A stretch of DNA of 49,804 bases from Desulfobacterales bacterium (GTDB lineage Bacteria; Desulfobacterota; Desulfobacteria; Desulfobacterales; SpSt-501), in contig JALOPB010000002.1 in assembly GCA_025454115.1 (NCBI GenBank), positions 1 to 49,804 of the forward strand, in the 5' to 3' direction. The notes beneath the pieces were generated by a model. That model saw only the letters and a list, made by a program, of their open reading frames with translations. It was not told where the DNA came from and did not search any database. The first letter of the stretch is position 1; each line of letters begins with the position of its first letter. Made by a program: the position numbers and the translations under genes. Of the stretch, positions 36,013-45,390 are shown piece by piece.

Positions 36013-37718
36013 TTATCCACCTCCTGTCGAATCTGCACATCCACGAGCTTGCCGTTGAAGATTTCAATGGCATCGGCCACCACGGGATGGTTGAGCGTCT
36101 CTTTAACCTGGGTGTGGTTGCGATCACGTCGCTCGGTCGATGAAACTCCGCTTTCATCGACGGCGATCACCGTCACTTCCGGCTGTCCCCCGAACTTCTC
36201 CGCACAGACTTTTCTGATCAGCGACAAATGTTTGTCACGCCGCAGCATCGAGCTGAGGAACTGGTTGGCTGGAGCGACGATCTCCACCCGATGGGAATCA
36301 GCGTGACGAAGACTGCATTTCCTGAGATTGGCGCCCAGGCTGGGGTAGCTGTGGGAAACGGTCTGGGCAACATCTTGCCAGGCCGCGGTCAGGCCGCTTT
36401 GCGAATCCGCCGCGGAAGCGCTGCCTCCCCGCTCCCGGATCGTTTCAGCCGGCGACGGTGGCGCATCGACCTGCGGCCGATCGTCCGAGCGGTCGGGCGC
36501 TGCTGCGGGTCGGACCGCATCCGCGTGAGGTGACGCTCCCCGAACGAACGGGGAGCAACCGGCTTCCGATCCGCCGATCTCCCTCCGCAGATCGTCCACC
36601 TTGCGGATGAGCGTGTCGATGGAGAGCGCCGTGCGAGCATGCAGGGATCGGAAAAACGCCATCTCCAACGCCAGCTTGGGCTGCGGCGAAAGCCGGACGG
36701 CGGTTTCTTCCCCATAAAGAATATCCAGGATCTGCTGAAGCGTGGCGCTCGAAACCTGCCGGATTTGGGCCTGCAGCAAATCGATTTCGTCGGCCGGCAG
36801 ATCGACCGCCTTGCGCGGTTCTGGGGTGGTCTGAATCACCCACAGATCCCGAAAATACTCCAGCAGGTCCGAAAACAACTTCTTGATGTCATGGCCGCGG
36901 TCGAAAAGCTCATCGAGAGAGGATAGAAACGGCAACGGTTCACCGACCAATAACGCATCGGCCAGCTGTCGCAACTGGCTGCGGTCGATGACCCCCAAGG
37001 TCTCCAGGATCTGGGAATGGGGAATCTTCTTCTGGCCGCAGGCAATGACCTGGTCCAGCAGGCTGAGGCTGTCGCGCACGCTGCCGCCGGATTCCCGTGC
37101 GATCAAATCCAGGCTGGCTGTATCGATTTCGATCTCTTCCCGGAGGCAGATCGCCGCGAGATACCCGGCAATGGCAGATACCCGCACGCGCCGAAAGTCG
37201 AAGCGCTGGCAGCGCGACAGGATGGTGATCGGGATCTTATGCGCTTCGGTGGTGGCAAACATGAAGATCACATGCGCGGGCGGCTCTTCCAACGTTTTCA
37301 ACAATGCATTGAAAGCCGGGGTGCTGAGCATGTGCACTTCGTCGATGATATAAATCTTGTAAGGGCTGTGGGCGGGCATGTATTTGACGTTCTCCCGCAG
37401 CTCTCGAATCTGATCCACGCTGTTGTTGGAGGCACCGTCAATTTCGTAGACGTCCACCGCGTGGCCCGCGGTGATGTCCTGGCAGGAGCGACATGCGTTG
37501 CAGGGAGCGGCCGAGGACGCCGCCCGGCAATTCAACGCCTTGGCCAGAATGCGCGCAACCGTGGTCTTGCCCGTTCCGCGCGGGCCGGCGAAGAGGAGTG
37601 CATGCGCGACCCGTCCGGCGGCCAACGCATTGCCGAGCGTACGGGTGATGTGCTCCTGCTCGATGACATCCGCAAAGCGCTGAGGCCGGTATTTTCGGGC
37701 TAATACGAGATAGGACAT
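36009..37718 (-). CDS. dnaX: DNA polymerase III subunit gamma/tau
   Basis: YLVLARKYRPQRFADVIEQEH, Walker A GPRGTGKTT, the Zn module CNACRSC, and IYIIDEVHMLS. Confidence 0.95.
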   Translation of the reverse strand: MSYLVLARKYRPQRFADVIEQEHITRTLGNALAAGRVAHALLFAGPRGTGKTTVARILAKALNCRAASSAAPCNACRSCQDITAGHAVDVYEIDGASNNSVDQIRELRENVKYMPAHSPYKIYIIDEVHMLSTPAFNALLKTLEEPPAHVIFMFATTEAHKIPITILSRCQRFDFRRVRVSAIAGYLAAICLREEIEIDTASLDLIARESGGSVRDSLSLLDQVIACGQKKIPHSQILETLGVIDRSQLRQLADALLVGEPLPFLSSLDELFDRGHDIKKLFSDLLEYFRDLWVIQTTPEPRKAVDLPADEIDLLQAQIRQVSSATLQQILDILYGEETAVRLSPQPKLALEMAFFRSLHARTALSIDTLIRKVDDLRREIGGSEAGCSPFVRGASPHADAVRPAAAPDRSDDRPQVDAPPSPAETIRERGGSASAADSQSGLTAAWQDVAQTVSHSYPSLGANLRKCSLRHADSHRVEIVAPANQFLSSMLRRDKHLSLIRKVCAEKFGGQPEVTVIAVDESGVSSTERRDRNHTQVKETLNHPVVADAIEIFNGKLVDVQIRQEVDK

Positions 37719-37806
37719 GTCACTGGATGTCGGGTTTCACTCAGATGAGTTCAAACAGCAGAATTTTCCGAGGAACCATGCCGGCCCGCTATGTGGCCCA
37801 AAAAAG

Positions 37807-37900
37807 TGGCGGAGAGAGTGGGATTCGAACCCACGGTGCCGGTATTAGCAGCACACACGATTTCCAGTCGTGTTCCTTCGGCCAGCTCGGACATCTCTCC
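37807..37900 (-). tRNA. tRNA-Ser (anticodon GGA), CCA encoded
   Basis: The reverse complement is GGAGAGATGTCCGAGCTGGCCGAAGGAACACGACTGGAAATCGTGTGTGCTGCTAATACCGGCACCGTGGGTTCGAATCCCACTCTCTCCGCCA. It has a 7-bp acceptor stem, an anticodon stem CACGA/TCGTG with loop CTGGAAA, a long variable arm and a T-loop GTGGGTTCGAATCCCAC. Confidence 0.9.
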
Positions 37901-37975
37901 CGGAAGCGGGTCTTTCCAAACAGGACCCTGCCTTCATCTGGTTGCCGGGGTGCCCATCCCGCGCATGGCTGGGAA

Positions 37976-38068
37976 TGGCGGAGAGGGTGGGATTTGAACC
38001 CACGATCCCGTTTTTGACAGGATACCGCTTTTCGAGAGCGGCGCCTTCAGCCACTCGGCCACCTCTCC
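37976..38068 (-). tRNA. tRNA-Ser (anticodon CGA), CCA encoded
   Basis: The reverse complement is GGAGAGGTGGCCGAGTGGCTGAAGGCGCCGCTCTCGAAAAGCGGTATCCTGTCAAAAACGGGATCGTGGGTTCAAATCCCACCCTCTCCGCCA. It has an anticodon stem CCGCT/AGCGG with loop CTCGAAA and a long variable arm. Confidence 0.9.
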
Positions 38069-38100
38069 GGGCCCACATCTCAACGATCGGCAAATTGTTT

Positions 38101-38129
38101 TTTATATCGTTTTGAGCACGGCTTGTCAA
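38101..38129 (-). promoter_or_regulatory. Near-consensus sigma70 promoter of the tRNA-Ser pair
   Basis: On the minus strand: TTGACA (38129..38124), exactly 17 nt, then TATAAA (38106..38101). It lies about 30 nt upstream of the first tRNA. Confidence 0.65.
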
Positions 38130-38220
38130 TTGCTCTGAACGGCTCGAACGGCTCTGAAGCGGGCGAACTGCGCTCAACGTCAGCGCAGCGAATCGGTTTC
38201 CGCTCCCGCCGGAGACGGTT

Positions 38221-39003
38221 TCAGGGCGAAAGCAGGCTGTGCATCTCTTGCGAATAGGTTCCGTTTTCGTCGTACATGATCAAGGGCGGTGGAAGCGTCA
38301 GCCCCGGCCCGCCGTTCTTGATGCCTTCGATCAAGATGAGGCGTGCGTTCGATAGCCGGTCGGAATGAACGCTTCGCAGGCGCTTCGGCTCGATCTGCTC
38401 CGAGCGCAGCTGAGCAAGAAGTTCCGCAGCCCGCTCGGCGGTGTAAATGACCACCAATCGACCACCTGTTTTCAGCAGCCGCCGCGCGGCCCCGACCAGA
38501 TCCGCAAGCGTCATGGCTATTTCATGACGGGCCAACGCCCGTTGGGTATTGGGGTTGACCCGACCGGACCGGCCGCGTCGATACGGTGGATTGGAAACGA
38601 TCCAATCCACCGGACCGCCGAAGGCGCCGGCACCGATCTCCCGCAAGTCGCCCCTCAGGATGGTCACTCGGGGTTCCATCCGGTTGGCGCGAACGTTTTC
38701 GACGGCCAACGCCGCCAGATCCTCCTGCACCTCGACACCCCAGACCCGCACATCGGGCCTGCGAAACGCCAGCAGAATGGGGATGATGCCGCATCCGGTC
38801 CCGAGGTCGACGATCGTCTCCCCCGGACGCGGATGCAGGCAACCCGCGAGGATAACGGCGTCAATGGAAAACCGGTAACCGCGACGCTCCTGCTTCAAAC
38901 GGACGCCTCCGCCGAAAAAGACATCCTGGGTCAGTGGCTCCAGACCGGACGCCATCAATTCCTCAGGATTCGGCGTACCGTTGCGACGCGAAGGAAGGTC
39001 CAT
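38221..39003 (-). CDS. SAM-dependent N6-adenine methyltransferase, TrmN6/YfiC-like (tRNA m6A37 family)
   Basis: SAM-binding site VDLGTGCGIIPILLA and the catalytic NPPY motif (IVSNPPYRRG). ATG 39003 lies 4 nt after the upstream stop; the ORF-track GTG at 39039 would overlap the upstream gene. Confidence 0.75.
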   Translation of the reverse strand: MDLPSRRNGTPNPEELMASGLEPLTQDVFFGGGVRLKQERRGYRFSIDAVILAGCLHPRPGETIVDLGTGCGIIPILLAFRRPDVRVWGVEVQEDLAALAVENVRANRMEPRVTILRGDLREIGAGAFGGPVDWIVSNPPYRRGRSGRVNPNTQRALARHEIAMTLADLVGAARRLLKTGGRLVVIYTAERAAELLAQLRSEQIEPKRLRSVHSDRLSNARLILIEGIKNGGPGLTLPPPLIMYDENGTYSQEMHSLLSP

Positions 39004-39007
39004 TTTC

Positions 39008-39316
39008 TCAGAACGAGCCGACTTTGAATTTGATGTCACTGACCAGCGACTGCCCTAAATCGTCATTCAGACGATTCACGATCTCTTTTTTTTGAAACTG
39101 CAGATGATGGAGCCAGGTGGAGCTGGTAACATAAACCAGCAGAAGGGAACCTTTAAATGCCGCAGGCCGTGCATTGCGGGCGATGTTTTCCCCGACCAGA
39201 CGATCCCACACGCGCCACACGCGCAGCATCCCCTCCTCCGCTTCGGGTCGGTAGCGCTGCAGCAGGCCGGGAAGAATCCCGCCAATGTGAGTGGCGCTAT
39301 TGGATTTAGTACCCAT
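39008..39316 (-). CDS. DUF721-domain protein (DciA-like family)
   Basis: The pattern WRVWDRLVGENIARNARPAAFKGSLLLVYVTSSTWLHHLQFQKKEIVNRLNDDLG...IKFKVG matches the DUF721 pattern. The start is ATG 39316 or TTG 39331. Confidence 0.65.
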   Translation of the reverse strand: MGTKSNSATHIGGILPGLLQRYRPEAEEGMLRVWRVWDRLVGENIARNARPAAFKGSLLLVYVTSSTWLHHLQFQKKEIVNRLNDDLGQSLVSDIKFKVGSF

Positions 39317-39641
39317 ATTCCATGATCCCAATGCGCCATTAAGCCAACAATGCTTAAAAATGTCAAGGAAACCAATGGGTACAGACCCGATTCGGCTGTG
39401 GGGGCAGGATCGGGGCGTTGCTTTTTTCTTGACTTGATGCAGTGGGTACCTTAACAGTATTGCGTAGGCCGCAACCTACGGCAGCGAGACGAACTCGCAG
39501 ACTGGAGTAAGCCGTTGCGTCGCCGCGGGGATAGTCGCAAGCGTAGACCCGCTGGCATAGAACCAATCGCATGGTTCAACCGCCGTGGTCCAACGGAGCG
39601 GCTCAAATCAATAATCACAGAATAATGACAGGGAATTCAGC

Positions 39642-40667
39642 ATGAGTTGGGATTGGGAAAAACTGAAGCAACAGCAACGCGGGCCGGGTGGCATCCCCCC
39701 TCAGGTGGATGAAATGGTCAAGCAGTTTAAGAGGTTTAAGCTCCCAGGCGGTCCAGTGGTGTTAGGCATTATCGCCGCCGCGCTGATAGGGCTGACGGCT
39801 TTCTACACGGTCAATCAGGATGAAGTCGGCATTGTGCAGCGCTTCGGACGATACATCGAAACCACCCAGCCGGGATTGAATTTCAAGTTTCCGCTGGGCA
39901 TCGACACCGTAACCAAAGTCAATGTCAAGCGCGTTCAGACTGAAGAATTCGGAGCGTCCGTGGCCGAGGTGGACTTCCGATCACGAACCAAACCCGGTTC
40001 GGAAACGGCATCCGTCGCGCTCATGCTCACAGGCGACCTGAATGTCGCAGTCGTACCATGGATCGTGCAATACCGGATCAAAGACCCCTATAATTATCTC
40101 TTCAAAGTCGCCAACGTTCGCAAGCTGCTCACCGACATGTCCGAGGCGGCCATGCGTCTGGTGGTGGGAGACCGGAGCATCAACGAGGTCATCAGCAAGC
40201 GCGACGAAATCGCCATCGAGGCCATGGGCCTGCTCCAGCGGGAACTCGACCAGGCCGAAACCGGGATTCATGTCGTCACGATCGAGATGAAGAAAACCAA
40301 CGTGCCGTCCGCCGTCCAGCCCTCCTTTAACGAGGTCAACCAGGCCACCCAGGAAAAGGAGCAGATGATCTATCAGGCGAACGAAGATTACAATAAGGCA
40401 ATTCCGACGGCGCGCGGCGAGGCGGAACGGACAATCAAGTCGGCGGAGGGCTATGCCCTGAACCGGGTCAACCGGGCCATCGGCGATGCCGCACGCTTCC
40501 GGGACGTGTACGAGGAATACCGCAACGCCAAGGATATCACCAAGACACGCCTCTACCTCGAAAACATGCGCAGCCTGCTGCCCAAGCTCGGGCCGATCTA
40601 CATCGTCGACTCCGAGCAGAAAAACACGCTGCCATTTCTCAACTTCACGAAACCGGGTGGTAAATAG
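39642..40667 (+). CDS. hflK: FtsH protease modulator HflK (SPFH/band 7)
   Basis: N-terminal TM segment, an SPFH domain (YTVNQDEVGIVQRFGRY...MLTGDLNVAVV), a coiled-coil tail, and pairing with hflC. Confidence 0.9.
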   Translation: MSWDWEKLKQQQRGPGGIPPQVDEMVKQFKRFKLPGGPVVLGIIAAALIGLTAFYTVNQDEVGIVQRFGRYIETTQPGLNFKFPLGIDTVTKVNVKRVQTEEFGASVAEVDFRSRTKPGSETASVALMLTGDLNVAVVPWIVQYRIKDPYNYLFKVANVRKLLTDMSEAAMRLVVGDRSINEVISKRDEIAIEAMGLLQRELDQAETGIHVVTIEMKKTNVPSAVQPSFNEVNQATQEKEQMIYQANEDYNKAIPTARGEAERTIKSAEGYALNRVNRAIGDAARFRDVYEEYRNAKDITKTRLYLENMRSLLPKLGPIYIVDSEQKNTLPFLNFTKPGGK

Positions 40668-40668
40668 A

Positions 40669-41619
40669 ATGAAAACAAAAGGAATTTTTATCGCCGTCCT
40701 GATCGCCGCCGCGGTCGTCGTGTACGAATCGGCCTTCATAGTCAGTGAAACCGAGCAGGTGGTGATCACTCAGTTCGGAAGGATCGTCAGAGATCCCATC
40801 ATGGATCCGGGGCTCAAGTTCAAAATTCCCTTCATCGAAAAGGCCACCTTTTTCCCAAAAAACATTCAAGAATGGGACGGGGAGCCCGGACAGATTCCGA
40901 CGCTGGACAAGACGTTCATTTGGGTGGATGCCTTCGCCCGCTGGAAGATCGTCGACCCCGTGAAGTTCTTCCAGACCGTCAACAACCGCTCCAACGCCGT
41001 CAGCCGTTTGAACGACATCATCGATCCGGCCGTGCGAAATTTCATCACGTCTTACAAACTGATCGATGCCGTGCGCAAGTCCAACCGGGAACTGGACACC
41101 TCCGAGGTCGGCCTGGAAGACCAGGAAAAAAAGCCGCAGAGCCATTATGTGATCAGCCTCGGCCGAGAAAAAATCACCCAGGGGATCCTTGAGCAGGCGC
41201 AACCCAAGGTGTCTCAGTTCGGAATCGAACTGGTGGACGTAAAAATAAAGGGTATCAATTATGTAGAGGAGGTCCGCAAATCCGTCTATGACCGCATGAT
41301 CGCCGAACGCAAGCAGATCGCCGAGAAATTTCGCTCGGAAGGCAAGGGCGAGGCCCAGAAAATACTCGGCCAGAAGGAAAGAGACTTGCAGCAGATCACG
41401 TCCGAAGCCTATCGTGTTTCACAGGAAGTCAAGGGCAAGGCCGATGCCGATGCCGTTAAAATCTATGCGGATGCTTATGGGGTCGATGCGGATTTTTACG
41501 CCTTCACCCAAACCCTGGAAATCTATAACGAGTCCCTGAACAAGGACGCTACCCTTTTGTTGTCGACCGACTCGGAGTTCTTGAAATACTTCAAAGGCAT
41601 TTCGCCGAAATCAAAGTAA
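40669..41619 (+). CDS. hflC: FtsH protease modulator HflC (SPFH/band 7)
   Basis: ATG 40669 lies 1 nt after the hflK stop (MKTKGIFIAVLIAAAVVVYESAFIVSETEQVVITQFGRI). The earlier part of the 377-aa ORF overlaps hflK out of frame. Confidence 0.9.
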   Translation: MKTKGIFIAVLIAAAVVVYESAFIVSETEQVVITQFGRIVRDPIMDPGLKFKIPFIEKATFFPKNIQEWDGEPGQIPTLDKTFIWVDAFARWKIVDPVKFFQTVNNRSNAVSRLNDIIDPAVRNFITSYKLIDAVRKSNRELDTSEVGLEDQEKKPQSHYVISLGREKITQGILEQAQPKVSQFGIELVDVKIKGINYVEEVRKSVYDRMIAERKQIAEKFRSEGKGEAQKILGQKERDLQQITSEAYRVSQEVKGKADADAVKIYADAYGVDADFYAFTQTLEIYNESLNKDATLLLSTDSEFLKYFKGISPKSK

Positions 41620-41620
41620 T

Positions 41621-41656
41621 AAAAAACGCACCGGCCGAACATGTTCGGCCGGTGCG
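41621..41656 (-). terminator. Rho-independent terminator for the minus-strand mini-gene; the hairpin is shared with convergent hflC
   Basis: cgcaccggccgaac / gttcggccggtgcg (41627..41656) forms a stem of about 12 bp. It is followed on the minus strand by T6 (41626..41621). Confidence 0.75.
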
Positions 41657-41689
41657 CTAAGTTGCACACCGGAATAGGGCTCTGCCGCC

Positions 41690-41785
41690 TTATTTGCTTC
41701 GTCTTTGATGCCGGGTCTTAGCCAGCAGCTTTCGATGTTTGTGTTTCCGCATTTTTTTTCTGCGCTTCTTGATCACACTGCCCAA
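41690..41785 (-). CDS. 31-aa highly basic protein resembling ribosomal protein bS22 (AURKAIP1/COX24-domain family)
   Basis: Not in the ORF track. TTG 41785 through TAA 41692..41690 reads (M)GSVIKKRRKKMRKHKHRKLLAKTRHQRRSK. GGAGGTG lies 5-7 nt upstream and a canonical terminator lies downstream. Confidence 0.65.
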   Translation of the reverse strand: MGSVIKKRRKKMRKHKHRKLLAKTRHQRRSK

Positions 41786-41987
41786 ACAATCACCTCCCCT
41801 CGCGCATCATCAGCATTCATTGACATAAAATTGACTGTTAACATAGCATCGGATCGCTTGTCCACATTTTTTTCAGCTCCATTGGACTGAAACGACGGGA
41901 AATAGCACCGAAACGGATCTGCCAGCGCCGGCCCGGCCAGCGGATGCGGAACCGGACCGGGGCTGGCATCCCGTTCATGTTTGTGGT

Positions 41988-42569
41988 ATGGGTAGCGCCA
42001 TCATGGATTCCACATCGTTATGTTTGAAAGCGTGCAGAACCCCGTTCACTACCGAGCAGCTGTCCATTGTCACCCAGGCCGTGGGCATCGCGGAAGAGCT
42101 GGTCAGCAACCACTACAAAATGTCGGCCAGCCAGTGGCTGCGGCCGAAATACGATGTGAAGACGTTGGCCGAACTCGAGCCGCCTGAAATTGTCGACGGG
42201 CCTTTCGCGCAAATCATCCGGTATCAGGGTCAGCCGAAGGCGGCAAGCCTGACTTCATCCGCTTATGATTTCTACAAAATCTGTTTGCAAGACCATGCGG
42301 TCCTGTCGGCGCTTCGGCAACACCCGGATCTTCATCTGCTACCGTTCGCCCTTTATATCATCACCCACGAATTGATTCATATCGTGCGCTTCAGCAGATT
42401 TCTGCAGGGATTCGATGCCTCTGCGGACGAACGCCTGGCCGAGGAACAGCGGGTGCATGCACGAACGCATGACATTCTGATCGGCCTCAAGCTGCCGGGA
42501 TTGTCGGATGTGCTCGATTTTTACAGCGATTGGCGTCGAGTTTATCAACAAATCGACTATCGACCTTGA
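41988..42569 (+). CDS. Hypothetical cytoplasmic protein with an HExxH motif
   Basis: A 193-aa ORF with no signal peptide. It contains the motif YIITHELIHIVRF followed by acidic and His residues (ERLAEEQRVHARTHD). No family was recognised by eye. Confidence 0.55.
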   Translation: MGSAIMDSTSLCLKACRTPFTTEQLSIVTQAVGIAEELVSNHYKMSASQWLRPKYDVKTLAELEPPEIVDGPFAQIIRYQGQPKAASLTSSAYDFYKICLQDHAVLSALRQHPDLHLLPFALYIITHELIHIVRFSRFLQGFDASADERLAEEQRVHARTHDILIGLKLPGLSDVLDFYSDWRRVYQQIDYRP

Positions 42570-42593
42570 CAAAACGGTTAGTCTACCTATATT
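42566..42593 (+). promoter_or_regulatory. Candidate sigma70 promoter for the FmdB-like gene
   Basis: TTGACA (42566..42571, containing the upstream TGA), a 16-nt spacer, then TATATT (42588..42593). GGGAGG lies 8 nt before ATG 42637. Confidence 0.5.
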
Positions 42594-42636
42594 ACCGCCC
42601 GACTGAATTAGGAATCTTATTTGGGAGGTCGCTTTT

Positions 42637-42915
42637 ATGCCGGTTTACGAGTATGAATGCAACAAGTGTGGAAGAGTGGAAGAGGCCTTTCAGCGATTCT
42701 CGGATAAGCCGCTTTCCAAGTGCAGGCATTGCTCGGGAAAACTTCACAAACTAATTTCGCAAAGCGCATTTCATCTGAAGGGATCCGGCTGGTACGTTAC
42801 CGATTACGCCAACAAATCCAAATCGTCTTCATCCAAGCCTCAAAAAACAGAGAGCGCCAAGCCAGATTCGGGAACGTCGTCCGCTGGCTCGGACACGTCC
42901 AAAGACTCTGCTTGA
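42637..42915 (+). CDS. FmdB-family zinc-ribbon protein (CxxC...CxxC) with a Ser/Lys-rich tail
   Basis: MPVYEYECNKCGRVEEAFQRFSDKPLSKCRHCSGKLHKLIS is the FmdB/Zn-ribbon signature. Confidence 0.8.
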   Translation: MPVYEYECNKCGRVEEAFQRFSDKPLSKCRHCSGKLHKLISQSAFHLKGSGWYVTDYANKSKSSSSKPQKTESAKPDSGTSSAGSDTSKDSA

Positions 42916-43161
42916 TGATCAGCTGATTTACCGACCCGACAACCACGCAACAGATTGAACACTCGGGTTTCTGAACTGAAACCGTGACGGGTTGTTTAGC
43001 TTTATTACGAAAAACGTCAGTATCACCAGATGATACTAGTCAGGAAGGGAGGTGACGATCAACCCAGGTAAATAGAGGTTCAAACGGGAATCGTTATCCC
43101 TGTTTACATGGATCACGGTTTTGGCACATTCGGAAATTTCAAATGAAGGAGATGGTGAAAC

Positions 43162-43449
43162 ATGAAGCTTAAACCTTTGCAGGATCGGATTCTAGCTCAA
43201 CGCATTGAGGAAGAAAAAACCACCAAGGGCGGCATCATCATACCGGACACGGCCAAGGAAAAGCCGGCCGAGGGAAAAGTCGTAGCGGTGGGCAATGGCA
43301 AGGTGGGTGAAGACGGCAAGCGCATCGCCCTTGAGATCAAAAAGGGAGATCGTATACTTTTCGGCAAATATGCGGGTACGGAAGTCAAGATTGAAGGGGA
43401 AGAATACCTCATTCTGCGCGAAGACGACGTACTGGGCATCATCGAATAA
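43162..43449 (+). CDS. groES: Co-chaperonin GroES
   Basis: [35 protein letters not shown]...[14 protein letters not shown]. Confidence 0.97.
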   Translation: MKLKPLQDRILAQRIEEEKTTKGGIIIPDTAKEKPAEGKVVAVGNGKVGEDGKRIALEIKKGDRILFGKYAGTEVKIEGEEYLILREDDVLGIIE

Positions 43450-45123
<1,674 letters not shown>

Positions 45124-45160
45124 TACCGTCCCGATCCCGATCTTCCCGAACCATAAACCG

Positions 45161-45197
45161 AAAAGCTCTTGTGGCGGATCAAGCCACAAGAGCTTTT
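45161..45197 (+). terminator. Rho-independent terminator of groESL
   Basis: A 15-bp perfect stem, aaaagctcttgtggc (45161..45175) with gccacaagagctttt (45183..45197), whose 3' arm ends in UUUU. Confidence 0.8.
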
Positions 45198-45390
45198 CGC
45201 CTTTATGGCGCTGCTCGATCCACCAAGTTATCTAGTTGATAAGATTTAAATATCTATTGTTACCCGGGGAGCTTCAAATAACACTCAAGAAATAGCGCAT
45301 AATGGCGATATAGACGATCGGATCCTCTTTTTCGAGAAACGTATTCTATCGAAAGCTTGAAACCAACCACCCATGATTGTGGAGTCATCC

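Noticed and set aside
36009-37718. A programmed -1 frameshift site in dnaX (the E. coli-type A AAA AAG heptamer producing gamma).
   Set aside because: I found no AAAAAAG (plus-strand CTTTTTT) within the gene, so there is no evidence for frameshift-derived gamma here. Other mechanisms cannot be excluded.
39386-39428. A hairpin plus T-run (cccgat...atcggg, then gcttttttc) that could be an orphan plus-strand terminator.
   Set aside because: The stem is only 6 bp with a 17-nt loop and lies 6 nt from the T-run. No upstream plus-strand transcription unit exists. It is too weak to call.
39363-39572. A 69-aa minus-strand ORF in the DUF721-hflK intergenic region; likewise the ORFs at 7639..8044 across the inverted repeat and at 15126..15506.
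   Set aside because: There is no SD and no motifs, the composition is unlike the neighbouring genes, and the ORFs are explained by the hairpin and repeat sequences they cross.
43122-43136. A sigma54-like TGGCAC upstream of groES.
   Set aside because: The -12 element is missing: the position 12 nt after the GG reads AA, not GC/TTGC.
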